A DNA stretch of 40,101 nucleotides, from positions 1-40,101 of IMG/VR virus record IMGVR_UViG_3300045410_000063. One strand, given 5' to 3'. The notes below the pieces were generated by a model. It ran no database searches. It saw nothing but the letters and a program-made list of their open reading frames with translations, and was not told the DNA's origin. This DNA comes from a virus (Duplodnaviria; Caudoviricetes). Numbering within the stretch: the stretch's first letter is position 1; every line of letters begins with the position of its first letter. Positions 16,313 through 25,403 of the stretch are shown piece after piece. Both the position numbers and the translations under genes were made by a program.

Positions 16313-16561
16313 GTGAGACCCGAGACAGTCCGGCTTGATGACCTCCTCGACGCCCACCAAGTCGCCGAACTGCTCGGGCTCTCCGGTGCCTCCACCGTCC
16401 GCGCCTACGCCGCCCTCAACGACGACTTCCCCCGCCCCGTCCTGCCCCGCGAGCCCCGACGGGGGAGCGCCTCCTACTGGTGGCGCCCCGACCTCATCGC
16501 CTGGCGCGACACGCACCCACCCCGCCGGCGAGCCGGCGGCGACGCCCCTCCCCCGCCGTAG
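16313..16561 (+). CDS. AlpA/Xis-like HTH regulator divergent from the transfer operon
   Basis: LLDAHQVAELLGLSGASTVRAY...DFPRP...YWWRPDLIAW. GTG is 6 nt after a -10-like TACCGT. Confidence 0.8.
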   Translation: MRPETVRLDDLLDAHQVAELLGLSGASTVRAYAALNDDFPRPVLPREPRRGSASYWWRPDLIAWRDTHPPRRRAGGDAPPPP

Positions 16562-16647
16562 CCAACCTCCGTGTCACTGGCCCCGGTCACACTGGACTCG
16601 TCCCAGGGTCACGGTCCCCCGCCGGGTAGTGGCCCCGGACGCGACAA

Positions 16648-16693
16648 CACCGCCCCTCGCGTCGGCCGGCAGTGGCCAACACGAGGGGCGGTG
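16648..16693. terminator. Hairpin terminator ending the late operon / convergent regulator
   Basis: CACCGCCCCTCG / CGAGGGGCGGTG 12-bp stem, extended by an inner GGCC stem. Confidence 0.7.
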
Positions 16694-16708
16694 AGCGTGA
16701 GGGTGGGG

Positions 16709-18295
16709 TCAGGTGCGGGCGATGACGGCCTGGACGCCGGAGACCATGAGCCCGTCGGCGCCCTTCCCGAGCGCCGACGCGGCGTCGGCGGCGTCCTCGA
16801 CCAGGTGGGCGATCACCGGTTTGCCGTACCCGAGGATCGATGTCCAGGCCCCGGCGCTGGCGTCGTGGTTCAGCCCGAGGATGTCCCAGGCGCCCTCGTT
16901 GGTCGCGATGTCGTCGCCCTCGTAGAAGTACCCCCACGTCGTGTACCCGCGGGCGCCGGCAGATACCGCCCAGTTCGTGGAGGGCCCGTAGTACTTGGCG
17001 ACGATCCGGTCCGTCGGGGTGCCGGGCAACGCGTCGAGGATGTCGATGAGCTCCTCCCGCGCACCGACGCCGGCCTTCGGATCGATCAACAAGACGTGCG
17101 AGTCGTAGTAGGCGTCGAGGATGTCCTCCAGCAGCGTGTACGGCTGCGGGAGCGCCGACGGGTTCGTGATCCCGGTCGGGTAGTTGATGGCGTAGGCCTG
17201 CACCTGCGCCCACGTCATCGCCGACGCGACGAGCGTCGTGCCGGTGCCGCCGCCGGTCCCGAGCGTCGTGCGGTCCAGGGAGGCGTCGTGCAGTCCGAAC
17301 CAGACGCCGTCAGAGGTGCGCCCGAGCGACACTTCGAGGGCCGGCACCCCCCAGTAGCCGGCCTGGGTGTAGCCGTGGAGGCTCATCTCGGGCCAGTCCG
17401 CGGAGCCGCCGCGGTGCCCGACGTAGAAGGGGCTCTCGGCGAGCATCGCCGTCACCGACGCGTACCCGTCGGGGAACGGGCGCACCTCGACCGGCACGGC
17501 GAGCGTGTCGGGCGCGGACGTGTAGCGCACGGTGCCGACGGCGAGCGTGTCGGGCGCGGACGTGTAGTGGATCTCGTTCGGGTCCGGTGGCGACCAGGCG
17601 CCCGCCCGGAACGCCGCGAGGAACCCGGACACGACCGCGGCGACGGCGTCCAAGGTGATCGTCTTGTTGCCGGTCGCGCCCGCTGCGCTCAGGTCCTCGT
17701 AGGCGAGCACGGCACCGCTGTTGCTGATCGACGAGTCCCCGGTGATGTACGCCTCGTGGGCCGTGAGCCATGACGAGAACGCCGGGGACGACACGCCGCC
17801 CGAGCCCTGGCGGTGGCCGACCCCGACCAGCAGCGTCGTGGTGTTCACGGTCGTGATGCCGGCGACGGCCAGCGAGCTGGCGCTGGACGCCGTCGAGAAC
17901 GCGGCGGCGGTCACGTCCTCGGGGTCATCCAGGTCGATGCCCGTGGCCCGGGCGAGCACACCAGCGATGCGCCCGGTCCCGATGGAGAACGTCCACGTGA
18001 GCGTCGCGGGTAGGGCGTCGATCACGGCCTGCGACGTGACCGGCAGATAGAATAGGCCGGTGTTGCGGGTGGCGAGCCCGGACGGGTCGCCGATCGTGGC
18101 GCCGTACTGGGTCCACCCGGTGGGCGGGGTGATCGTCCCCACGCCGCTGTTCTGGCTGTGGATGGCCGCGACGAGCAGGTCCCCGATGGCGACGTTCGAG
18201 ATCGTCGACGACGCCACGGACGCCACCGACGCGGTGGCTGTGCCGGTCGTGCCGAACGTGGCCGAGTCACCGGCCCCGAAGTGCAGCTGCGCCAC
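16709..18295 (-). CDS. Virion-associated-type protein with C-terminal glycerophosphodiester phosphodiesterase (GDPD) domain
   Basis: GHRGGSADWPEMSL...ALEVSLGRTSDG...LHDASLDRTT...GADGLMVS. N-terminal Thr/Ser-rich beta domain (GDLLVA...PPTGWT). Confidence 0.85.
   Translation of the reverse strand: MAQLHFGAGDSATFGTTGTATASVASVASSTISNVAIGDLLVAAIHSQNSGVGTITPPTGWTQYGATIGDPSGLATRNTGLFYLPVTSQAVIDALPATLTWTFSIGTGRIAGVLARATGIDLDDPEDVTAAAFSTASSASSLAVAGITTVNTTTLLVGVGHRQGSGGVSSPAFSSWLTAHEAYITGDSSISNSGAVLAYEDLSAAGATGNKTITLDAVAAVVSGFLAAFRAGAWSPPDPNEIHYTSAPDTLAVGTVRYTSAPDTLAVPVEVRPFPDGYASVTAMLAESPFYVGHRGGSADWPEMSLHGYTQAGYWGVPALEVSLGRTSDGVWFGLHDASLDRTTLGTGGGTGTTLVASAMTWAQVQAYAINYPTGITNPSALPQPYTLLEDILDAYYDSHVLLIDPKAGVGAREELIDILDALPGTPTDRIVAKYYGPSTNWAVSAGARGYTTWGYFYEGDDIATNEGAWDILGLNHDASAGAWTSILGYGKPVIAHLVEDAADAASALGKGADGLMVSGVQAVIART
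17496..17567. repeat. Perfect 30-bp direct repeat (period 42) in the GDPD protein linker
   Basis: ACGGCGAGCGTGTCGGGCGCGGACGTGTAG twice, encoding YTSAPDTLAV twice. Confidence 0.9.
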
Positions 18296-18301
18296 CCCGG
18301 C

Positions 18302-20104
18302 CTACGCCTTCACGACGACGACTGTGCCGGCCGGGGTGCCCGCGGGCAGGGATCCGACGTCGTCGATGAGGAGCACCTTCGCGCCGGCGCCCGCCGTGCC
18401 CGCGGACGTGACCTGCACCGACCAGTAGAACGGGTACGTGGTGGACGCGTAGAGGGTGCCGGAGCCGTCGGCGTCGACCGCGACCCGCAACCGGACCTGG
18501 CCGCTGTCGAGGTCGCCGGCTTCGACGAAGAACCCGCGGGGCCCGGAGCTCGTGATGAACGCCGACGCCGGGTAGAACGACGGGTCGCCCTCAGCGGGCG
18601 GGGTGCTGGTGCGCGTCGCCAGGTAGCGGGCCACGGTCGGTGTCGCCCCCGTGACCACGGCGACGTCGAGCCAGCCGGTCGCGACCGACGACCGCAGGGC
18701 GCTGACGGTCACCTCGACCCAGTCGCCTTCGGAGGCGTCGATGGCCAGCTCGGGGATCCCGGTGAGCAGCCCCCAGCTCCCGGACGTGTTCGGCAGCGTG
18801 ATGTCGCCGTCGGTGACCACATCCGATGCGAACGTGGACGTCGACCCGCCGGTGAGGCCCGCAGTCTGCAGGTCGGTGACCAGCTGGGCGATCGTGCGGT
18901 TCGCCCACGCGCCGGCCTTGCGTTGCACGACGTCGTCGTTCGAGGGGGCCAACGCGGCGATGGCGGTGAGGTCCGAGTCGCTGGCCTGCTTGGCGTCGAG
19001 GGCCGCTTGCAGGCCGGTCGTGTCGGCGATGGCCAACGCCAGGAGGGTCTTCAGTTCGGCGGCCGTCAACGCGGTGGCCGGCGCCGAGCCGCCGGAGACG
19101 TTGCCGAGGATGCGCTGGTCGGCAACCGCGGCGAGCTTCGACAGTGCCACGGCGGCCGAGGCGTTGATGTCGCCGTCGACGATCGACCCGTCGGTGATCT
19201 GGTCGGAGCCGACCGCCGAGAGGGTGGCGAGCGCGCCCAGGCCGGTGACGTCGCCGGCGGCGATCGCCAGCAGCGTCTTGACCGCGGCCGCCGTGAGCTC
19301 CTCGACGTCGCCGGCACCGGCGGTCGTGCGGCCCAACAGGCGGGCGGTTGCGATGTCGGCGAGCTTGGCCAGCGCCCACGACCCGTCCGGCACCACCGGC
19401 GCCGACGAGAACGTCTTGGTGCCGGCGATGGTTTCGTCGCCGGTGTCGCGCACGAACGCGGTCGAGTCGACCCCGTCCACGGTGTCGGCGTCGAGACCCG
19501 ACCCGGACCCGTCGACCGGGGCGAGCGCCGCGAGGATCTCCGTGCCGGTCATCGACCCGCTGCCGGTCACGTCGTCGGGTCCCCACGAGTTGCCGTCCCA
19601 CACGAGCGCCTGCCCCGACGTCGGGGCGGTCGAGTCGACGTCGTCGAGGTCGGCGAGGCTGGTGCCGGCGATCGCCGCGTTGACGTCGGCGAGGGTGAGC
19701 CCGGCCATCGTGGCGGTGACCGCACCCGAGCTGATGGTGGCGGTCACCGCGGTCGTGCCGGTCGTCGTGGCCCGGCGTTCGGCGTCCACGATGAACGGGC
19801 CCTTGAACCAGGTGCGCTGGGAGCCGGCCGAGGTGCGGGTCAACTCCCAGTAGCCCGTGAACCTGGTGGCGCCGGCCGAGACCAAGCCATCCGTCTGGCT
19901 GCCCGTAAGTGACACGGTGACGACCTGACCGACGACGTTCACGGTCGCGGTGGCCATCACGGTCGACTGGCGCGGGTCGCGGTACACGACCGCCGCCCAC
20001 GTCCCCGTCTCGTAGCCGGCGGGCACGGTCACGGGGATCGCTACGGCGTCGCCTTCCTCGACCACGACTGGCACGTAGGCGGCGGTGAGCTCGACGGACG
20101 GCAT
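18302..20104 (-). CDS. Tail fibre / minor tail protein
   Basis: LADLDDVD..APTSGQALVWDG..W, DGSGSGLDADTVDG and GDETIAGTKTFSS fibre motifs, plus an internal duplicated segment. Confidence 0.8.
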   Translation of the reverse strand: MPSVELTAAYVPVVVEEGDAVAIPVTVPAGYETGTWAAVVYRDPRQSTVMATATVNVVGQVVTVSLTGSQTDGLVSAGATRFTGYWELTRTSAGSQRTWFKGPFIVDAERRATTTGTTAVTATISSGAVTATMAGLTLADVNAAIAGTSLADLDDVDSTAPTSGQALVWDGNSWGPDDVTGSGSMTGTEILAALAPVDGSGSGLDADTVDGVDSTAFVRDTGDETIAGTKTFSSAPVVPDGSWALAKLADIATARLLGRTTAGAGDVEELTAAAVKTLLAIAAGDVTGLGALATLSAVGSDQITDGSIVDGDINASAAVALSKLAAVADQRILGNVSGGSAPATALTAAELKTLLALAIADTTGLQAALDAKQASDSDLTAIAALAPSNDDVVQRKAGAWANRTIAQLVTDLQTAGLTGGSTSTFASDVVTDGDITLPNTSGSWGLLTGIPELAIDASEGDWVEVTVSALRSSVATGWLDVAVVTGATPTVARYLATRTSTPPAEGDPSFYPASAFITSSGPRGFFVEAGDLDSGQVRLRVAVDADGSGTLYASTTYPFYWSVQVTSAGTAGAGAKVLLIDDVGSLPAGTPAGTVVVVKA

Positions 20105-20113
20105 GGCGGCCGG

Positions 20114-20434
20114 TCAGCCGATCCCGACGTCGGCGGTCGCCTTCGCCCCCGGGGCTGCTCCCCCACCGATCGGTTTCAGCAGCCCGTAGTAGGTGGTGAC
20201 GTGTGTGACGAACGTGGTCACGAACAGGACGAGGGTGGTGCGCGGCTCGAACACGCCTTGTCCGTCGACGATCGTGGCGATGACGGTGACCGCCGCGGCG
20301 AGCGCGAGACCGACGATGGCTTTCAGGCCGGGTGACGCCTGCAGCTTCGTGGCCAGGCCGGTCAGGACCGGCACCGCCGTGCCGCCGAGGAACGACACGA
20401 GCCAGGCAGCGAGCGTGATAGTTGACGGATCCAC
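20114..20434 (-). CDS. Holin-like membrane protein
   Basis: Three hydrophobic helices, VPVLTGLATK...YYGLLKP, in the lysis region. Confidence 0.75.
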   Translation of the reverse strand: MDPSTITLAAWLVSFLGGTAVPVLTGLATKLQASPGLKAIVGLALAAAVTVIATIVDGQGVFEPRTTLVLFVTTFVTHVTTYYGLLKPIGGGAAPGAKATADVGIG

Positions 20435-20456
20435 AGGTGACCTCCAGGGTCAGTTG

Positions 20457-20831
20457 TCAGCTGCCACCGTTGGGTGGCGCAGGGAACTGGGCGGCGCAGT
20501 CCCGGGCGGTGAACGTGGCCTCCGCGCGGCCGCGCATCTCGGCCCGGCTGCGGCGGGCCTGATCGAGCGCGCCCGCCCGCAGGGTCGGGTCCTCGATGAA
20601 CTCGTACTGGCGGGGATCCGGGTCCCGGACGGCGGCCAGCACGAAGTCTCGGAGCAGCGCCCGGCCGGCGTTGTCGTCCTCGCAGAACCGGATGGCGGCG
20701 GTCCGTTCGATGCGGGCGTCGGCGGCGCGGCGTGCGGATGTCTCGTAGAGGCCGCCGGCGAACACGGCGCACGCCCCCGCGAACAGGATCGCGGTCTGCC
20801 AGTGCGTCACCCACCGCCACAAGCGCCTCAC
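20457..20831 (-). CDS. Single-TM lysis-region membrane protein
   Basis: N-terminal TM followed by a helical domain with two Cys. GTGA coupling. Confidence 0.65.
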   Translation of the reverse strand: MRRLWRWVTHWQTAILFAGACAVFAGGLYETSARRAADARIERTAAIRFCEDDNAGRALLRDFVLAAVRDPDPRQYEFIEDPTLRAGALDQARRSRAEMRGRAEATFTARDCAAQFPAPPNGGS

Positions 20832-20983
20832 GTGAAACCGTCCACGAGGCATAGGCCCACGAACGCGGCGGCGCTGACCGCCAGGTAGGTGACGGTGACG
20901 CGGTGGCCGCGCAGCCAGCGCGCCAGGTCGTCGCCGAGGGTGCGCTCAGGTGGCGCCCACGGGGGTGTCGTCAGCGGCGGCAT
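20828..20983 (-). CDS. 51-aa single-TM protein (not in ORF track)
   Basis: MPPLTTPPWAPPERTLGDDLARWLRGHRVTVTYLAVSAAAFVGLCLVDGFT. Its stop overlaps the next start. Confidence 0.5.
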   Translation of the reverse strand: MPPLTTPPWAPPERTLGDDLARWLRGHRVTVTYLAVSAAAFVGLCLVDGFT

Positions 20984-21164
20984 CCGCGGCCCTCACCTCG
21001 TCGCGCCTGAGCGCCACCGGCAACCCGACCATCGCGGCGAACAGCATGAGGAACTCGGGTCTGGTCGCGCCCGTACGCACGAACGCCTCGTGCACGATCC
21101 CGCCGAGACCGACGACGAACAGCACCGTGTCTCGCCCGATCGCCGGCCAACGCCATCCGCTCAT
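20946..21164 (-). CDS. Two-TM holin-like protein
   Basis: RDTVLFVVGLGGIVHE...RPEFLMLFAAMVGLP, directly after the endolysin. Confidence 0.7.
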   Translation of the reverse strand: MSGWRWPAIGRDTVLFVVGLGGIVHEAFVRTGATRPEFLMLFAAMVGLPVALRRDEVRAADAAADDTPVGAT

Positions 21165-21206
21165 TCCCGCCCCGTCGTGTCCACATCAGCCGCCACTCCG
21201 CGCCCG

Positions 21207-22337
21207 TCACTCGGACGGCGGTGTGTCGGGCACCGTGACCGTCAGCCGGGTGCCTTCGATCAACTCGACGATGTCCTCCGCGGTCAGTTGCGGGCCCGGG
21301 ACGACGTCGATCAGCCCGGCGAGGATCTCGGCCAGCGAGGACTCGTCGACGTCGGCGGGTGGGCGGCCGATCAGCTCGGCGAGCTGCGCGGCGAGGGCGT
21401 CGGTGCGGTCCTTGACGTAGGCGATGACGTTGAGCGCCAGGGCGTAGGCGCCGCCGTCGGCGGTGTGCGGGGTCGTGATCTCCGGGTAGCTGACCACGAC
21501 GTCGGCGGCGTGACCGGTGAGGACCATCGTGGAGCCCAGCAGCCCGGCGGCGGTCAGGACGTACATGTCGTCTCCGGACAGGAACCGGCGGCGGAGGCGC
21601 CCGTAGCCGTCGGTGACGATGTGCCATTGGGCGTCGCCGGTGTGGTCGGGCAGGTGGATCGGGTTCGACATCAGGTCCTCCATGGACGGTGCGGTCTCGG
21701 GGGTGTCCGGGGCCGCGGCGTTCGGGTGCCACGCCCAGGCGGCCGCGTCGGAGAACACGGCGTTGTGGTCGGTGCCCTCGACGCGGACGCCGCCGTACTC
21801 CTGGAACATGCAGGCGTGCCGGGACAGGCGCCGCCGGGACCCGTCGCCGGCGTTCACGTACGAGCCACCCGACCCGGTGCCTGGCCCGGACCAGCCGGCG
21901 CACTGCCAGCCGTGCGTGATCCCGAGGACCCCGCACAGGTACTCGATGACGCCGTAGTGGCCGTACGCGGCGACCGGGCGGCCCGGGACCGACCGGCAGC
22001 CCTCGAAGTAGGCGGCCACCTCCCCACGGGTCTGGGCGTCGCTGGCGGGGAAGTCGACGGCGTAGAAGACTGGCAGCCACCCCGGTGCACCCAACTGGCC
22101 GGCGAACTCGTTGGCGCGCCGCGCATCGGACCGGCCCGCGGCGTACCCGGCGAGCGGTCGCTGAGCGGTCGTCTCCCAGATCAACCCGACCGCGATCCCC
22201 GCCGCGTGCAGGCGGTCGAGTTCGGCTCGGCTGATGTCCCGGGCGCCGGTCCCGAGGTAGCGCAAGGCCACCGTGTAGCCGGCGGCGCGCAGGGCCTGCG
22301 GGTCGGGGCGAGCCCAGCTGTAGTCGACTGCGTGCAC
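21207..22337 (-). CDS. Endolysin, DUF1906 (Rv2525c-like, GH25-related) glycoside hydrolase
   Basis: VDYSWARP...ALRYL...LIWET...VFYAVDF...AYG...WQ..GWS. Confidence 0.88.
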   Translation of the reverse strand: MHAVDYSWARPDPQALRAAGYTVALRYLGTGARDISRAELDRLHAAGIAVGLIWETTAQRPLAGYAAGRSDARRANEFAGQLGAPGWLPVFYAVDFPASDAQTRGEVAAYFEGCRSVPGRPVAAYGHYGVIEYLCGVLGITHGWQCAGWSGPGTGSGGSYVNAGDGSRRRLSRHACMFQEYGGVRVEGTDHNAVFSDAAAWAWHPNAAAPDTPETAPSMEDLMSNPIHLPDHTGDAQWHIVTDGYGRLRRRFLSGDDMYVLTAAGLLGSTMVLTGHAADVVVSYPEITTPHTADGGAYALALNVIAYVKDRTDALAAQLAELIGRPPADVDESSLAEILAGLIDVVPGPQLTAEDIVELIEGTRLTVTVPDTPPSE

Positions 22338-22414
22338 GGCGCCCTCGCTCTCAACCGCACGACGGTGCGGGAACGGGGTGTTGCGGCGCGGGGCCAGTGT
22401 ACGCGACCGGCGGG

Positions 22415-22732
22415 CTACCCGGGGGCGGGTCGAGCCCGGAGGTCCACGTTCTCGGCGGTGAGGTCGTCGACAACGGATTGCAGTGCCGTGGCCCTGGCTT
22501 CGGCGTCGCGCATGCGGCCACCGGCCTGCTTGAGCGCGGCACGCAACTCGCCGATCTCCTGGTAGGCCACCGAGATCGTCTCGAAGTACTTGCCGTGGAC
22601 GGCCGCGAAGACGTCGTCGTAGTTGACGAGCACGTCACCCGGCTGCATCTCGGGGGCTGCGCCCGGGGAGTCCGGTGCGTCGATCGCTGCCGTCATCGCT
22701 CCGGCGTCGAGGGTGGCGTCAAGGTCAGGCAC
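22415..22732 (-). CDS. Hypothetical coiled-coil protein
   Basis: AGGAG RBS, EIGELRAALKQ...LQSVVDDLTAENVDLR. Confidence 0.6.
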   Translation of the reverse strand: MPDLDATLDAGAMTAAIDAPDSPGAAPEMQPGDVLVNYDDVFAAVHGKYFETISVAYQEIGELRAALKQAGGRMRDAEARATALQSVVDDLTAENVDLRARPAPG

Positions 22733-23615
22733 TGGCGGTCTCCTGTTCGTCGAGAGCGGCCCGCACCTTCTCGGCGAGCGCCCGGTACCGGTCGAGGACA
22801 TTCGACGCTTCCACGATCGGGCCTTGCGGCTTGAACGTGTAGTGCGACACGAGCGCGTCGCCGCGGATCATGTTGGGCTGCTGGGTGGCGCGGGTGCGGT
22901 GGATCGTGTGCCACGACTCCTCTTCGTCGGGGACGAGCACCCCGGGCGTCTGCAGGTCGGCGTAGTCGGCGCCCGCCGCGGCGAAACACGACACCGAGAA
23001 CTGCTGGCCGACCTGCAGGCTGTAGTCCTGGTACCAGAGCAGCTCGTCGACGGTGCCCTGCTCGATGTGGTCGAGGAGCAGACCGTGGACGCTGACAGCG
23101 AAACCGCCGTTGGCCCAACCCATCGGGTCCATGCAGTAGGGGGAGCGCACCGTTCCCCAGGCGTGCGGGATGTGGCCGAGCTGCTGGGCGAACCATGAGC
23201 AGATCGCGTTGTTCCAGATGATCGGGAACACACACATCGACTCCGGCATCTCCAGTTTGGCGGTCACCAATCGGGTGATTGCCTCGGGATGCACGTAGAC
23301 GATGTCGTCGTCGAACCGCAGATACGTGGTGGCCGGGTCGGTCATGTACCGGTACGCATAGCCGGTGTTGCGTTGCTTCGGCGATTGGCGGACACAGCCC
23401 GTCGGGCGCTCCTTGATGTGCACCCAGTCGTGGGAGCGGGCCAGCTGGTAGGCGTAACGTAGGTCGTCGACCTGTTCAGAGTCGGTGTTCAAGTACAGCC
23501 ACAGCTCGTCCAGCTGGCCCCGTAGGTGGTCCCGCCGCAAATATTCGAACAGAATGGACACCGTACGGGCCCGGCCGTACGGGATCCACGCCACAACCTT
23601 ACGGTCACCGATCAT
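22725..23615 (-). CDS. Putative GT-A fold glycosyltransferase
   Basis: VVAWIPYGR...YLRFDDDIVYV (DxD motif), GAGGA RBS. Confidence 0.7.
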   Translation of the reverse strand: MIGDRKVVAWIPYGRARTVSILFEYLRRDHLRGQLDELWLYLNTDSEQVDDLRYAYQLARSHDWVHIKERPTGCVRQSPKQRNTGYAYRYMTDPATTYLRFDDDIVYVHPEAITRLVTAKLEMPESMCVFPIIWNNAICSWFAQQLGHIPHAWGTVRSPYCMDPMGWANGGFAVSVHGLLLDHIEQGTVDELLWYQDYSLQVGQQFSVSCFAAAGADYADLQTPGVLVPDEEESWHTIHRTRATQQPNMIRGDALVSHYTFKPQGPIVEASNVLDRYRALAEKVRAALDEQETASA

Positions 23616-24265
23616 GAGCGGAGTCCTCTCGTGTCGATCGGCCGGTGGTCCACCGGCCGGGGATGCAATCCGAACGTGGTGAGCGCCCGGCTGTTCGGAC
23701 CGGACCGGTCGTAGCCGAAGTAGGCGAGGTCGAGCCGCCACGCGTCCTCGACGGTCTGGTACAGGTCCTCGTCGTAGTAGCGGCGCCAGTCCTCGTGCCG
23801 CGACACGTTCACTGGCGGGCCCGGCGTGTAGGTAGCGCCGGCGAGTCCGGCGATGCAGTCGAGGTCGTCGTGCAACGTCTCGTAGCGGCCGAGATAATCG
23901 GGGATCAGCTGCCAGTCACCGTCGAACAGTTGAAAGAACAGCGGGTGGCGTTGCGGGTAGTGGTGTTTGCGGTGCGCTACCAATGTCACGTAGTCGCGGA
24001 ACGACAAGGCGACGAGGTTGGCGTCGTAGTGGTGGACGAGCACGTCGGCCCGGCGCAGAAACGCGAAGTGGGAGACGAGCAGCTCGAACGGGTTACGCAC
24101 GACCGCCACCTTGAGATCGTCGCGGTAGCTATCGGGGAGCTGGTGAAAGCTGGCATGCGACCAGTCCGACGGCAGGTCGACGTAGTGGCGGCGGGGCCGT
24201 ATCGGGTTGAGCGCCCGCTCGGTGTAGACGGTGCCGGTGCGGGGCACCCCAAGGTTGAGGATCAC
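23612..24265 (-). CDS. Sulfotransferase family 2-like protein
   Basis: 5'-PSB-like VPRTGT, 3'-PB-like VVRNPFELLVS, DYLGRYETLHDDL...VNVS...DLAYFGY. Confidence 0.8.
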   Translation of the reverse strand: MILNLGVPRTGTVYTERALNPIRPRRHYVDLPSDWSHASFHQLPDSYRDDLKVAVVRNPFELLVSHFAFLRRADVLVHHYDANLVALSFRDYVTLVAHRKHHYPQRHPLFFQLFDGDWQLIPDYLGRYETLHDDLDCIAGLAGATYTPGPPVNVSRHEDWRRYYDEDLYQTVEDAWRLDLAYFGYDRSGPNSRALTTFGLHPRPVDHRPIDTRGLRS

Positions 24266-25290
24266 ACCGGCACCTTGCCCCTGACGGTCATAGCGTCGAC
24301 CCAGTCGAGCGCGAGGCCCTGCATGATGTACGCCGATGCCCGGGCCCGGGCGGCGAGACCCATCGACTGGCGGAGATCGGGGTTGTCGACGAGGCGCTTC
24401 AGCCACCTGCCCCACTCGTGGGATTGGCGGACCAGGAACCCGGTGGCGCCGTGATCGACCGCGTCCTCGTACGGGCGGATCGAGCTGGCGACGATCGGGA
24501 TGCCGAGGAACCCGGCCTCGAGCGCTTTCGTCGGCACCTTGCTGTTGTTGAACGGGATGTCCCGGTACGGGGCCACCCAGATGTCGAAGTGGTTGGCGGC
24601 GGCGACGAGGTAGCGGTCGCTGTTGGGGATCATCTCCAGGATCTGGACGCGGTCGACGTCGAGGCCCGCCCATTTCACCCAGCGGGCCGGGACACCGATG
24701 GTGGTGACGGTCGGCGTGTGGCCGCGGGGGTCGCGGTAGTCGAGGATCCGGTTCAGTGCCTTCGCTGCCAACGGCAGTTCGTGGATGGTGCTTGACGTGC
24801 CGGCCCACCCGATCCGTACCGGCCCGTCACCGTGGTAGTCGCGGGGCGCGGACAGCCACGCGGCGTGCAGGCCGTTGGGGACGACGACGACGTCGTCGTG
24901 GTAGCGGCGCATCACGTCGGCGAGACCTTCGGACGCGACCGTGACCCGGTGGGCGAGCGATACCGCCTTCAGGAGTCGGGCCTGTTGGGCGACATCCCAG
25001 AACGCGTTGGCCCGCGGGTTCGACGTCTCGTCGATGTGCAGGTAGTCGTCGTCGAGGTCGAGGATCAACGTGGCGTCGCTGTCTTTGCGGATCCGTTCCC
25101 ACAGTCCGACCGGACCCGGGTTGCTGACCCGGCTGCCGACGATGACGTCGGGTCCGTCGGGCCACGGCATGGCGCGCACGTCCGCCGAGCGGGCGACGTC
25201 GTGGCCATGCCACCGCACGGCCATCGCCGGCAGCACCGACCGGTAGTAGACGGAGCCGCCCTCACCGGACTCCCAGAAGAACACCTTCAT
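24262..25290 (-). CDS. GT-B (GT4-like) glycosyltransferase
   Basis: YYRSVLP...DLDDD...RIGWAG...FDIWVAP..DIPFNNSKVPTKALEAGFLGIPIVAS...GATGFLV. Confidence 0.88.
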   Translation of the reverse strand: MKVFFWESGEGGSVYYRSVLPAMAVRWHGHDVARSADVRAMPWPDGPDVIVGSRVSNPGPVGLWERIRKDSDATLILDLDDDYLHIDETSNPRANAFWDVAQQARLLKAVSLAHRVTVASEGLADVMRRYHDDVVVVPNGLHAAWLSAPRDYHGDGPVRIGWAGTSSTIHELPLAAKALNRILDYRDPRGHTPTVTTIGVPARWVKWAGLDVDRVQILEMIPNSDRYLVAAANHFDIWVAPYRDIPFNNSKVPTKALEAGFLGIPIVASSIRPYEDAVDHGATGFLVRQSHEWGRWLKRLVDNPDLRQSMGLAARARASAYIMQGLALDWVDAMTVRGKVPV

Positions 25291-25403
25291 GGGCGGGCCC
25301 GGGCCATGACGAGCGCCCCGACGGTAACGGCCGCCAACGAAGCAAACGCGAGGAGGGCGCACCCGACACGGGCGAACAGGTCGCGCAGGTCCCGGTTGTT
25401 CAC
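25287..25403 (-). CDS. 38-aa single-TM peptide
   Basis: GTGA/ATGA overlaps on both sides, hydrophobic helix. Confidence 0.45.
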   Translation of the reverse strand: MNNRDLRDLFARVGCALLAFASLAAVTVGALVMARARP

